IMG/VR virus record: IMGVR_UViG_3300036790_000386 | Location: 37,928 to 101,927 of that record | Length of the DNA stretch: 64,000 nt | Reading direction: 5' to 3' (one strand) | Origin: a virus | Part shown: positions 1 through 9,903 of the stretch, in pieces | Position numbering within the stretch: position 1 is the first letter of the stretch | Layout: every line of letters starts with the position of its first letter | The notes under the pieces: generated by a model | Seen by the model: the letters and a program-made list of their open reading frames with translations, nothing else | Databases searched by the model: none | What the model was told of the DNA's origin: nothing | Made by a program: the position numbers and the translations under genes

Positions 1-651
1 GCTTTGAGTTACAGAATATGGAGCACTCTCATGTGCTCGGCCTAGTAAGGACAGAGCCATATGATGATCGCCCGATCCCAAGATAGCAGTTGTAATAAAA
101 CCGCCTGTAGCCTGAAGAAATTCACGACGAGCAATCCAAGCATAACCCGGATGAGCTAACTTGATGCTTTTTTTAACATGAGATGGAACATTTGGGCCTT
201 GAATAATGGCACGTCGATCTTTAATAGCTTTGCCAAAAGATTCATGTGTTTCAGCTACATTGCCATCAGGACCAAGATCTTGACAGGTTTCCCAAGCAGA
301 TGCAATATCGTGATCTTGAAGAATATCAATTGCATCACGAACCCAATGAGGATTTTGAAAAATGATATCTGCATCAAAGAAACCGATATAGTCAGAAGAA
401 TTATTTGAAAAAACGTAATCTAAGCCAACTTGAAATTGGCTTTCTTTTTGCCAACAGATTGTGGACGCAGAAACTGGAATGTGGTTAATTGCTGTTGAAG
501 TTAAAACGTGTTTTTCACCAACTCGATTGCATTCAACAACAGTTAAATCCACATTGGATTCAAGCATATGGCGTTCAAATTCAAGATAGCGAAGTAAACG
601 ATTTTTGTAGCCTATTGGATTGAAATATGTTGTTATAATTTGGAGACGCAT
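1..651 (-). CDS. Putative glycosyltransferase (GT-A-like), 3' end outside window; not in ORF track
   Basis: Manual translation from ATG at 651 (MRLQIITTYFNPIGYKNR...WQKES...IGFFDADIIF...HPGYAWIARREFL...GSGDHHMA) is open to base 1 and has a DxD motif. Confidence 0.65.
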   Translation of the reverse strand, partial: MRLQIITTYFNPIGYKNRLLRYLEFERHMLESNVDLTVVECNRVGEKHVLTSTAINHIPVSASTICWQKESQFQVGLDYVFSNNSSDYIGFFDADIIFQNPHWVRDAIDILQDHDIASAWETCQDLGPDGNVAETHESFGKAIKDRRAIIQGPNVPSHVKKSIKLAHPGYAWIARREFLQATGGFITTAILGSGDHHMALSLLGRAHESAPYSVTQS

Positions 652-659
652 AAAGTTTC

Positions 660-1127
660 CTAACCGTAGAGCAAGATAGAGCGTGTTAATACAAGCGCAT
701 CCGGTAAATTGTTAACCCTGTAGCTGATTGCTTCACGAATCATTGGATGTTCGTGTAAGTTATTTTCATCTTCCATAGCTACAATAAGAGGCTTGCGATA
801 AGCAAAAGCCCATGCAATTTCCATTACTGTGCCGATAGAAACGGTTGTCGCGCCGAGAAGGTTACATAGAATAAGATCAGAAGTAGAGCAGTCATAATGA
901 TCTCTAGTGTTAATGCCGCGATCGGTTGCTAAAGGATGACAGTCATATGACTGCGTTAAAACACCTTTGTCTTTTAAAAAGTTTTTCTTACGTAAAGGTG
1001 AAAATGCTTGTATTTCTGGCGAAATTGTCTCAAAGATCTTTTGAACACCTTCGCGCCAGTCTACAGCTTGTTCAAATGTCAGACCAGAAATTGGACCTGC
1101 TAAGTATACTTTAAATTTCTGGGTCAT
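660..1127 (-). CDS. Nucleoside 2-deoxyribosyltransferase-like protein
   Basis: VYLAGPI, SDLILCNL and SIGTVMEIAWA motifs. Confidence 0.8.
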   Translation of the reverse strand: MTQKFKVYLAGPISGLTFEQAVDWREGVQKIFETISPEIQAFSPLRKKNFLKDKGVLTQSYDCHPLATDRGINTRDHYDCSTSDLILCNLLGATTVSIGTVMEIAWAFAYRKPLIVAMEDENNLHEHPMIREAISYRVNNLPDALVLTRSILLYG

Positions 1128-1668
1128 TGTTTGAACCTATGTTGTAATGTTTTGGTTTTTTGTCTTTATGTGACTCTTTGATACGCTTCACATGTGGAGT
1201 TAGTTTATTGACAAGTTTAATATATCCACCTTTAACATTGCGATCGTCGTTCATTTTGTCTGCGGCTTCTGCATCAATGATGATTGCAATACAAGCCAGA
1301 GCGTGAGCAAGATGAGGAACACCAGAATCCGAAGCAAATTCTTCGCCCTCAAACCAAGCATTAAGGTGACGTTTACAAGCATCGATATAGATAGAAGGTC
1401 TAACTCCGATGGCTCTGAAATTGCCTCGACCGTATTTTAATGCTCCGTCCAACATACCTAAACAACCCATCGCTGTAGCTGTTTCAGGCCAAAGATGTAG
1501 TGGTAATTTATCTGAACCAATTATATCTTTTGGATTTGTTGGTTTTAATTCAGGCACAGATAATTGAGCACGCAACTGGTGCTTTATAGGAATTCGACTT
1601 ACCAAGTTAGTTCCCCTATTTATTTGTATGTCGTTTATTGCCCTTTTAAAGAACATCTCTTTGGGCAC
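1111..1668 (-). CDS. dATP/dGTP diphosphohydrolase-domain protein (DUF5664-like); true start may be further downstream
   Basis: NPKD..G..KLPLHL, GALKYG..N, RHL.AW.EGE and DSGVPHLAHA motifs. Confidence 0.8.
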   Translation of the reverse strand: MPKEMFFKRAINDIQINRGTNLVSRIPIKHQLRAQLSVPELKPTNPKDIIGSDKLPLHLWPETATAMGCLGMLDGALKYGRGNFRAIGVRPSIYIDACKRHLNAWFEGEEFASDSGVPHLAHALACIAIIIDAEAADKMNDDRNVKGGYIKLVNKLTPHVKRIKESHKDKKPKHYNIGSNNDPEI

Positions 1669-1712
1669 ATGCTATAAATAGAGGATTTGTTTGACTTTGT
1701 CAACAAAACTGA

Positions 1713-3122
1713 TCAGTGGCTTTCTTCAAACATTGAAGGATTTACAGTGTTACGCCCTACTTCACCATAATCTTGGTGTAGAATTATTGATTTCATATCT
1801 CGGATCGGGCGATAACCATTGTTATAATGCCAAGCATCTGGTGGCAATAAAACTCTAAAGCTTTCAACCGAGCAACCATTATAATCTTGTGATTGTTCAA
1901 TTGTAGACTGAGATTTACGATGGTGTATGTGGCCAGTCCACCAATAACGATGAATTGTTTTACCCCAAAGCTCAGATTGATCAGTAGCCATAAGTAGCGG
2001 TAAACGTTCCATCTTGACATCATGGCCGTGATGGGTGCCAATTAAGACTTTACCAAAGTTAAAGAAATGAAACGGTCTTGCACTTGTGTTAACAGTTACA
2101 CGGGGGTCGTTTTCATAGATATTTTTTAAGCATTCAGCTAAAAAAACTGAAGTATAAATATCATGATTGCCGATCTCAGTGATAATTGTAACATGGCTAT
2201 GTTTTCTCAAAGCTGCGCGGATTAAGTATCTGAGCGCTCTAATTGCGCTACGGATCATTTGAGGATATCTACCATCGGAATCAACTCTATTGCGATTCGT
2301 CGGGGTGACTGGCTCATGACTATCGTAATGAGTAAAATCACCAAGACATGCAATTAAGGCTTCTACGCAAGCAGGTGAATTATCAATAAGATAATCGATA
2401 GAATTGTATAGAAGCTTTTCGCTAAGCTCAATATTGAAATCGGTGCTGCTTTCTTCTTCTGTTGTTTTAAGACCTAAATGAAGATCACTGACAACATAAG
2501 CTGCCATGATTTTATTATTAAAGTCTTTAGGGCCGATTGAAATTTCAGCTTTTGGGAGTGCTTCAGCTAGAGTTTCTGAAAACTGTTTCCAAAGTTTTTC
2601 ACGATCTACATCTTCTAGTTTTTCTGAAACCCACTGTTGAGTTACTTTCCCTTGCTGATCATAAAGTGTTGCTGTTTTAACAATTTTCTTTGGATCAGGC
2701 AGCTGAACTGTTTCTTCTTTATCTCGGCCTTGAATTTTTGTTTTATTCCAATATTCTTGAACTTTTTTATTTCCATCATATTTGATAGAAGTTCCTCTAA
2801 GAGTTAAGCCATTAGGGATAGGATGAATTAAATCATATTGAGGTGCAAATCCCTGCTGTGCTGATAATCTTTCTTGTTCAGATTTTTTAGTTCTTTCAAA
2901 ATCTACGCTAGAGATGCCAACTGACGATAATTTGAAACGAGAAAGAACAGGAATTGGATCATTAACATCTAGTCCTGCATTTTTAATAAGGCGGATTCTA
3001 TCACATATTGACCTTCGATTAATATCTAATATTTTAGCAGCAACAAGTCTGTTATAATTGCTCTTTCTCAGAGTTTCAAGAGTGTATTTTAATACTTCTA
3101 GTGTTAAAGGTTTCCCTGACAT
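1713..3122 (-). CDS. N-terminal HTH fused to calcineurin-like metallophosphoesterase
   Basis: SDLHLG, GDFTH, GNHD, HHGH and GHIH motifs. Confidence 0.8.
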   Translation of the reverse strand: MSGKPLTLEVLKYTLETLRKSNYNRLVAAKILDINRRSICDRIRLIKNAGLDVNDPIPVLSRFKLSSVGISSVDFERTKKSEQERLSAQQGFAPQYDLIHPIPNGLTLRGTSIKYDGNKKVQEYWNKTKIQGRDKEETVQLPDPKKIVKTATLYDQQGKVTQQWVSEKLEDVDREKLWKQFSETLAEALPKAEISIGPKDFNNKIMAAYVVSDLHLGLKTTEEESSTDFNIELSEKLLYNSIDYLIDNSPACVEALIACLGDFTHYDSHEPVTPTNRNRVDSDGRYPQMIRSAIRALRYLIRAALRKHSHVTIITEIGNHDIYTSVFLAECLKNIYENDPRVTVNTSARPFHFFNFGKVLIGTHHGHDVKMERLPLLMATDQSELWGKTIHRYWWTGHIHHRKSQSTIEQSQDYNGCSVESFRVLLPPDAWHYNNGYRPIRDMKSIILHQDYGEVGRNTVNPSMFEESH

Positions 3123-3138
3123 TTATTAATCTCCACTA

Positions 3139-3167
3139 AAGCTACGCATGGTAGCAAGCGAAGTCAA
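3139..3167 (-). promoter_or_regulatory. sigma70-like promoter
   Basis: TTGACT-N17-TAGCTT upstream of 1713..3122. Confidence 0.45.
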
Positions 3168-3173
3168 AGCAAA

Positions 3174-3413
3174 CTAATGTATTTTATGAAAACTTAAATA
3201 GGCAAAGATAAATTCACCTACCCCAGCAAGTAATATAAAAAAGGCTCCCACTTTCATGAAAGCCCAAATAGCTCCTTTACCTAAAGATGCAATTTCTTTT
3301 AAGACAGATAGATCAGATTTAATTTGTTTTAGATCTTCTCTCATATCTTTATCGGATTGTTCTAAAAGTGCAAGGCGTTCACCATTTGTAAGATCATTCA
3401 ATTTAGCCTCCAA
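3174..3413 (-). CDS. Small membrane protein (holin/XhlA-like)
   Basis: Coiled coil followed by one C-terminal hydrophobic helix; lies after the tail genes. Confidence 0.45.
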   Translation of the reverse strand: MEAKLNDLTNGERLALLEQSDKDMREDLKQIKSDLSVLKEIASLGKGAIWAFMKVGAFFILLAGVGEFIFAYLSFHKIH

Positions 3414-3436
3414 TAGTTATTATTTATTTTAAATAA

Positions 3437-4312
3437 TTAAGAAATATTTATATTTCCAGCGCTGATATGTGAACCTGAGACAGCAATAGATTGAAAAGCA
3501 TAGCTGCCTACAATTGTAATTAGATTGGGACTGCTATTGTTAATACTAGATCCAAATTCACAACCACTAAAACCTGTAGTACGATGTTGTATAATTTTAA
3601 TTGGAGAACTAAAGACGCATCCATTAAAAAATGTTACTGCTGCTGTATTATTTCCGTCTTCAATTTCGACACTGCTTGTGTAGTTTCCAGTAAAATCACA
3701 TTGTGTAAAATGATTTTCACTCAATGCTTGACCTGAAACAGGAGATCCTTGCAAGAAACCACAATTAGCAGTATCACCTTCAGAATCAAATTTAACCCGA
3801 TGCCACCAATTAGCTCCATTTGAGGTAACTTGAGCGCTCCCAGTAGAATAACCAGCAAAGACATTTTCAAAGTAACAATCAATACCTTCAGTAAAAATTG
3901 CAGAGAATCCATAAAAGGCTGTAACGTCACGAACAAGACAACCAACACAACCAAGAGAAACAGTAAGCGAATTAGTTTCTGGATTTGGTCCTTGATAACC
4001 AAAAATACCGCAATTTTTTATTCCTGAATATAAAGAATTTGGAGCAAATTGCACAGTATTTGTATTGGAGCTTGCACCACTTTTGTTGGTGCTGGTAAAA
4101 ACTGTTACTTGTTGACCATCGCCTTCAAATATAACATCAGTTGGGATTACAATGCCTTCTGGTATAAAGAAAGTTTTAGCAGAATTAAAGCCTGTATAGA
4201 CCTTACCTCCCCCATTAGCTAATGCAGCATTAAATGCATTTTGAATTGCTGCACTATCGTCAGTATTGCCATCACCAACAGCTTGAAAATCTTTTAATGT
4301 AATTATACTCAT
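3437..4312 (-). CDS. Pectate-lyase-like beta-helix tailspike/depolymerase
   Basis: KDFQAVGDGNTDDSAAIQNA motif and beta-helix-like composition. Confidence 0.75.
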   Translation of the reverse strand: MSIITLKDFQAVGDGNTDDSAAIQNAFNAALANGGGKVYTGFNSAKTFFIPEGIVIPTDVIFEGDGQQVTVFTSTNKSGASSNTNTVQFAPNSLYSGIKNCGIFGYQGPNPETNSLTVSLGCVGCLVRDVTAFYGFSAIFTEGIDCYFENVFAGYSTGSAQVTSNGANWWHRVKFDSEGDTANCGFLQGSPVSGQALSENHFTQCDFTGNYTSSVEIEDGNNTAAVTFFNGCVFSSPIKIIQHRTTGFSGCEFGSSINNSSPNLITIVGSYAFQSIAVSGSHISAGNINIS

Positions 4313-4340
4313 ATATAGCTCCCGTGGAGTATAGTTAAAT

Positions 4341-6020
4341 TTACCACCTTATAATAACAAGTCCATTCGCACCTGAACCCCAAACTGATGAACTTCCAGC
4401 ACCAGCAGCACCACCCCCACCTGGAATTGTTGCGGCAGCTATAGCAGAAGTATTTGCTGTACCTCCCAATCCGCCACGAGGTGCATTTCCTCCTGGTGCA
4501 TTTGAATTAGATCCATCTAAGTCTGTTCCACTTTGGCCTGAAAGATTTAAATAACCACCAGAACCAGCACCACCAGGACCAGGACCAGCAGTGCCCCCTG
4601 TACCGCCAGTTGCTGAGCACATAGCGCCAAAGCTACTAGTTCCACCGTTAGCTGAAACAGTAGATCCACCAAGACCAACAGTTACAGTGATATGTGCTCC
4701 GGAAGTTACAGTAAAGATTCCTAAAGAATAACCACCAGCAGCGCCGCTAGCTCCATTACCGCCAAGCCCTGCACCACCACCACTCCACAATTCAACTTCT
4801 ACAACGGTAACACCAGAAGGAACTGTAAAAGTTCCACTATTGGTAAATACGCTATAATTTGCAAATACACCTGTAGCAACATATAGATTAGTTCCAGTTA
4901 CAGATCCAGTTACATCTAAAGTACCACCAATTGTTGTATTATCAGTAACCCCAAGAGAGTTGAGTGTTGTTGTACCTGCTACACTAAGATTTCCATTAAG
5001 TGTAGTATTACCAGTAACACTTAAACTAGAAGATAGATAAACAGCACCAGTGGTATTAAGAATTCCACTAAGTGTAGTATTACCAGTAACGCTTAGAGTT
5101 CCACCGACTGTTTGATTTAGTGTAACAGCAAAATTTCCAGAAGCACCCATAGTTGAAGCATCTGCTGCTACGATTCGAAGATTTGAGCCATCTGGTTCTA
5201 CTGCAATCCAACCTTTATTTGGAATAGTGATTGATGTTTGACCGTTGCTTGTAGTACCAATAAAGGCACCTGTTTGTGCTGTAACAATACTAGAATAACC
5301 GCTATAATTACCTATAACAACCGGACCATTAGCTGAATTAACGAAGCCGGTGGTAAAAGTTACAGTTAAACCATTGGCGCCTACATTGATATTTTTACCA
5401 CCATCACCAGCTATAACAGAATAATTTTGAGTGATAGTTACAGCACGGTTAGCGTAACCTTTTGCTGTAGTAAATCCTGGAGCAAAATTAGTTAGTTGCC
5501 ATTCTGTACCATCAAATACAAAAGTTGCATAACCATTTGCAATAAGTTCAGTGCCTATCAATGCTGTTTTAGCAATTGTAGTTACAGCTGCATTGCCATT
5601 ACCCATCCAATTTAAAGTTGTAGCTCCATTATTAGTTGCAGCAATTTGAACAGTAACAGCTAAACCAGCAACTGGAGCGGGGAAAGAAAGACCAGCTACT
5701 GGAACTGCAACAACAATTGCATTAGCTGTACCTGAATCTATAAAACTATCACCGAGAAGAAGTGATTGCCAAAATTGAGACCAAAAATCATCAAGAACGC
5801 CGTTGTCTAAAATATTTTGGTTTAATACATTGCCCATATAATTGGCAATTGCAGCTGAGACAAAGCTCGGCTGGCGAACAGCTTTGTTAACTTGAGTAGA
5901 TTGTGCAGTGCCTGTAACAAAGCCATTGGTGACAACGGTGTCAACTGCCCAATTAGCTTGCGACTCAACACCAGCACCATCACCAATAGCAAATGGCAAA
6001 AAGTCAATTTCAAGAGTCAT
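4341..6020 (-). CDS. Tail fibre protein with Gly-rich C-terminal domain
   Basis: N-terminal DFLPFAIG..A.VESQ anchor, G.L.VTG.TTL repeats, FTNSGTFTVPSGVT Gly-rich domain. Confidence 0.8.
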   Translation of the reverse strand: MTLEIDFLPFAIGDGAGVESQANWAVDTVVTNGFVTGTAQSTQVNKAVRQPSFVSAAIANYMGNVLNQNILDNGVLDDFWSQFWQSLLLGDSFIDSGTANAIVVAVPVAGLSFPAPVAGLAVTVQIAATNNGATTLNWMGNGNAAVTTIAKTALIGTELIANGYATFVFDGTEWQLTNFAPGFTTAKGYANRAVTITQNYSVIAGDGGKNINVGANGLTVTFTTGFVNSANGPVVIGNYSGYSSIVTAQTGAFIGTTSNGQTSITIPNKGWIAVEPDGSNLRIVAADASTMGASGNFAVTLNQTVGGTLSVTGNTTLSGILNTTGAVYLSSSLSVTGNTTLNGNLSVAGTTTLNSLGVTDNTTIGGTLDVTGSVTGTNLYVATGVFANYSVFTNSGTFTVPSGVTVVEVELWSGGGAGLGGNGASGAAGGYSLGIFTVTSGAHITVTVGLGGSTVSANGGTSSFGAMCSATGGTGGTAGPGPGGAGSGGYLNLSGQSGTDLDGSNSNAPGGNAPRGGLGGTANTSAIAAATIPGGGGAAGAGSSSVWGSGANGLVIIRW

Positions 6021-6039
6021 GGTTTATTGGCCCTTTGGG

Positions 6040-6663
6040 TTACATTGGCAACCAAGTTGCTGTTGGCGTCCCAGTATAAGTCACAATAATTTTATCATTT
6101 TGACTTACAGTTACGCAACCAGTTGTTGTGCCACAAGTAAAAGCAGCAGCGGAACCGCGCTTAATTTGAACAGTTGTTAGTGTTGTGCCTGCAAGATATA
6201 AAGAACCATATGCAGATGCAGTAAAAGTAAAAGGTGAACCAGTTAAAGATATAGTAGAAGGAGCAACTGGAACTGAAGGATTACCTAATCCAATGATTCC
6301 CCAATTAGCATTTGTTCCGGTTGAATTTGTAAGAACTTCTGCTTCAACGACTGCATATTGCGTGAGATTGAAAACAGCAGTTGTACTACTATTGATGGAA
6401 GCTCCACTAGCAGGAACTACTGTTGTTCCAGTGCTAGTAGTTGTTAATTGAACTCTAGAACCAACAATAGCAGTTGTATTTAGAGATATAACGAGATTAA
6501 CGCTAGTCATCTCTACTAGATTGCCAATATCTGTTAACGTTATAAGATAATTAGCAGATCGTGTATTGACTGTAACAGCGCGAACATATGTTGGATTTAC
6601 AGCAACAAAGCCACTTCCATTGACAATAATAGTTTGATTGTCGATGCTAACTGTACTTGACAT
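6040..6663 (-). CDS. Virion structural/fibre-associated protein
   Basis: T/S/V-rich beta composition; lies in the fibre cluster. Confidence 0.55.
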   Translation of the reverse strand: MSSTVSIDNQTIIVNGSGFVAVNPTYVRAVTVNTRSANYLITLTDIGNLVEMTSVNLVISLNTTAIVGSRVQLTTTSTGTTVVPASGASINSSTTAVFNLTQYAVVEAEVLTNSTGTNANWGIIGLGNPSVPVAPSTISLTGSPFTFTASAYGSLYLAGTTLTTVQIKRGSAAAFTCGTTTGCVTVSQNDKIIVTYTGTPTATWLPM

Positions 6664-6675
6664 TAGAATTTCCTA

Positions 6676-7209
6676 TTAAGAAATATATTGCCACTCAGTG
6701 CCATCAAAGCAGAAGCGATAAATACCACCACTAAGAATTGTTGTACTGGATAGCGCGCCTTTAGCTTGAGTTGTTACAGCAACTGCGCCATGACCCATCC
6801 AATTAAGAGTTGTTGCACCTGTATTAGAAGCAGCAATCAACACTAAAATTGAAGTACCAGCAACTGGAGCGGGGAAAGAAAGACCAGAAGGTTCTGTAAT
6901 AACGATGGTATTGGCTGAACCAGAATCTGTAAAATAATGGCTTTGCAGCATTGTTTGCCAAAACTGTACTTCTAAACCTGCAACACTGCCATTATCAAAA
7001 ACACTAGCATTAAGAATTTGAGAGGCTAAATTTGCCCAAGTAGCTGCAACAACAGATGCCTGACGAATAGCTTTATTAACCTGGATAGAAAGAGTAATTC
7101 CAGATTGAAATCCATTAGTAACTACAGCATCTGATACCCAAGCAGCTTGTGATTCTACGTTTGCACTTCCACCAATAGCAAATGGAAGAAAATCAACTGT
7201 ATTTGTCAT
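6676..7209 (-). CDS. Short paralogue of the tail fibre N-terminal region
   Basis: Colinear similarity to residues 1-177 of 4341..6020. Confidence 0.7.
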   Translation of the reverse strand: MTNTVDFLPFAIGGSANVESQAAWVSDAVVTNGFQSGITLSIQVNKAIRQASVVAATWANLASQILNASVFDNGSVAGLEVQFWQTMLQSHYFTDSGSANTIVITEPSGLSFPAPVAGTSILVLIAASNTGATTLNWMGHGAVAVTTQAKGALSSTTILSGGIYRFCFDGTEWQYIS

Positions 7210-7219
7210 AAAAATTTCC

Positions 7220-8035
7220 TTAAGTAGTGGAAACTAAACTAACCCAAGCGCCATGATCTAAACCTGACACAGTAACATTTTCAGCATCAAGCCCAAATAA
7301 TGGAGTTCCACCTAAAATACCACCTGGATAGACTGAAGGCATAGCCAAATAAACTGTAACACCAGCTGTGCCTAAAGCAATTGCACTACTTGAAAAAATA
7401 GCAGATACAATCGCATTTGGTTGTTGACCAGTTAAAATAAACATCATTTGCATATTGCCCATATCTTGAATTGCAATATAGGACAATTCACCAAATAAAG
7501 GTGCAATAACAGTTGAAACTACACCATTAACTGTTGCGACTAAAGTTAAAGGTGTTTTACCAGTTTGAAGAATAACTACTGGAACATTATCAGCGCCAAA
7601 AATTTGATCCCAAGAATTATAGGCTTGTTGAATTGTACCGTTCCAGTGATTTGCTACAACTTTCGCTTCAAGTAAAAGTCTATAATCACTATCATCAAGT
7701 TCAACAAGACCTGATTCTGGTGCTCCAGTAGTAAACCAAATTGCCTGATTAAACCCTAAACCAACTATATTAAAACTAAAATAAGAATTAATAGCTTCGC
7801 TTAGAAATCGTGTTACACCGATCCAAAGACCAACAGTATCAAGTTGTGTTCCAACTGCTTGGTCTAAATCAAAATTTGTAGGTAAGCTAAGTAAGACAGC
7901 TGTAAGATCAGCAAATGGTTGAACACAAGCAGATATCGTAGCCATAAAATTTGGCTGATTTTGATTTTGAGATGGTATTAAATTTGTATATGTAGTTATT
8001 GGAGCCGGCACAGTTGCATTTAATGATAAACTCAT
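7220..8035 (-). CDS. Baseplate wedge protein (DUF2612-like)
   Basis: FDLDQAVGTQLDTVGLWIG and LDDSDYR motifs; likely start MSLSLN. Confidence 0.8.
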   Translation of the reverse strand: MSLSLNATVPAPITTYTNLIPSQNQNQPNFMATISACVQPFADLTAVLLSLPTNFDLDQAVGTQLDTVGLWIGVTRFLSEAINSYFSFNIVGLGFNQAIWFTTGAPESGLVELDDSDYRLLLEAKVVANHWNGTIQQAYNSWDQIFGADNVPVVILQTGKTPLTLVATVNGVVSTVIAPLFGELSYIAIQDMGNMQMMFILTGQQPNAIVSAIFSSSAIALGTAGVTVYLAMPSVYPGGILGGTPLFGLDAENVTVSGLDHGAWVSLVSTT

Positions 8036-9477
8036 GCAACCACCACCGTAACACTTGCAGCTGTGCAAGAAGCCTCATAATTAAATGGAACGGTTAGATC
8101 TGCAACTCCATAAACAATAGCGCCAATTGAAACTGTGTTAGAAACAGGAATAGCTGGACTAAATGTTAAAATATTACCATTAACATTTGAAATAGTTGTT
8201 TGATATGTTGTACCGCCAGTTAACGTTATGAAAATTACTTCACCATCAACGTAAAGAGAGCCTTCACCGACAGTGATTGTAGTTGCAGAACCAGCAGCCG
8301 TCGCAGTCGTAACCATAAAATCAGTTCTTGCTTGTGCCACCGCATATGGCACAACTAAACTATAAGTATCTGAAATTAAGTCTAATGCTGATTGAAGTGA
8401 TCCAGTAGCTGTAGTTGCTGCATCACCATCAAGATTAGCTGGACCCCACAAACGACCACAATAAGAATTTTCACCAATAGCAAGCTCATTAACAGCATAA
8501 GCTATTGCAGCTTGAATATTAGATGCTGCATTTGAAGTATAACCTGTCAATGGATTAAGATTGACTAGAACTGCCACTGGTACATAAGCAAGTACAAAGA
8601 AATTAATTGTACTTGGGACACCAATAGAATCGTAAACTATTTCAGTTGTTGTTCCATAGGTTGAAACACCTGGTGATTTATATAGTGCAATTGTTTGAGC
8701 AATTTGTGTAGCACTTCCACCTGCAACAACAGCCGTAATTGAATGAGGCGGTGTTCCATTGGCATCTGTACTACCTGTATCGTTTTTATACATCGCAACA
8801 GCAGTAATGCCGGCAAGATTTTCAAGACCCCCTTGAATACCAGCTAAAACTGTTTGAGCTGGAAGTGAAACTGATCCACTCTGACGTTGACGTAGAGTAG
8901 CGTCTATTTCAACAGCAGTGCCAACAGAAACTGTATTAGAACCATTAGTTACAGTTTGCCATCCTGGAATTGGAGTTAAAATAATAGTTAAAGAATTGTT
9001 TGGCAGAGTTACATTGCCAGAAGTTGTACTTGTTGCTGTAACTTCGATTGTACCTGAATTTGGAATTACAGTTCCATTTGGAATTGACCACTGAGTTCCA
9101 AGATTCAAATTATCACCAATCAAAGCATTATCAATAGGTGTTCCGGCTTGACCTACAAGAGTAACAATAACTGAAGAATTTGATGAACTTTCACGTTGTA
9201 AACCATTAATTTTGACAACAGAAGAAAGACCAGCACCTATAGCTGTTGCTGGGCTGAATTGATTGTAAACAAAAATTGCAGTATCATTGCAATCATGAAT
9301 TGCTTGAGCAATAATACCTAACCACTGGCCATCTTGGCTATCTGGGCCAAGATAAACATCTGAACCATAAATGGATTGAAAACTGGACTGAAGAGATGCC
9401 AGAATCTGATCCATCGTTGGAGCAGAGATGCCGGTCGAACTGACAGTTGCAGCTAACGTTGTTAATGTCTGGCTCAT
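8032..9477 (-). CDS. Baseplate J-like protein
   Basis: YLGPDSQDGQ, E.DATLRQRQ and PPHSITAVVAGG motifs. Confidence 0.85.
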   Translation of the reverse strand: MSQTLTTLAATVSSTGISAPTMDQILASLQSSFQSIYGSDVYLGPDSQDGQWLGIIAQAIHDCNDTAIFVYNQFSPATAIGAGLSSVVKINGLQRESSSNSSVIVTLVGQAGTPIDNALIGDNLNLGTQWSIPNGTVIPNSGTIEVTATSTTSGNVTLPNNSLTIILTPIPGWQTVTNGSNTVSVGTAVEIDATLRQRQSGSVSLPAQTVLAGIQGGLENLAGITAVAMYKNDTGSTDANGTPPHSITAVVAGGSATQIAQTIALYKSPGVSTYGTTTEIVYDSIGVPSTINFFVLAYVPVAVLVNLNPLTGYTSNAASNIQAAIAYAVNELAIGENSYCGRLWGPANLDGDAATTATGSLQSALDLISDTYSLVVPYAVAQARTDFMVTTATAAGSATTITVGEGSLYVDGEVIFITLTGGTTYQTTISNVNGNILTFSPAIPVSNTVSIGAIVYGVADLTVPFNYEASCTAASVTVVVA

Positions 9478-9486
9478 TATCTCTTC

Positions 9487-9870
9487 TCAGGTAGTTGCTG
9501 GCGCAATAGTCTGAATAGATGGAAATGTAGTTGTGCCAAATACAGTATTTATATTTGAGCCTGAAACAGAATATGTTCGTGTAGATGCTGTATAATTGAC
9601 ATTCCAATTTTCAATATTAATTACACCAGGAACCGCCAATACAGCAGTCTTTAAAATTAATGCACCCATAGTTAAATTGCCATAACCAGCAATTTGAGTA
9701 TTATACGGGATGCCCGCTGAAAGATTTAAAAACCACTCTGTTTGCCATAATTTTAAACTGGTGCCAACGATTTGAGATACAGCAGCTGCACTATCAATAA
9801 GATAATTTGCTGAACCTTGCCCAAATGTCATATCACCAGTTGAGCTTAATGTTCTGACCCTAAGAACCAT
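9487..9870 (-). CDS. Baseplate wedge subunit (gp25/W-like)
   Basis: GDMTFG...LKLWQTEWFLN.SAGIPY; synteny. Confidence 0.7.
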   Translation of the reverse strand: MVLRVRTLSSTGDMTFGQGSANYLIDSAAAVSQIVGTSLKLWQTEWFLNLSAGIPYNTQIAGYGNLTMGALILKTAVLAVPGVINIENWNVNYTASTRTYSVSGSNINTVFGTTTFPSIQTIAPATT

Positions 9871-9903
9871 TGAATACCACGCTGCTGCTTAAATAGATGT
9901 AAT

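Noticed and set aside
4341-7209. Fibre duplication as a DGR or invertible system
   Set aside because: No reverse transcriptase or invertase is visible, and differences are not adenine-specific
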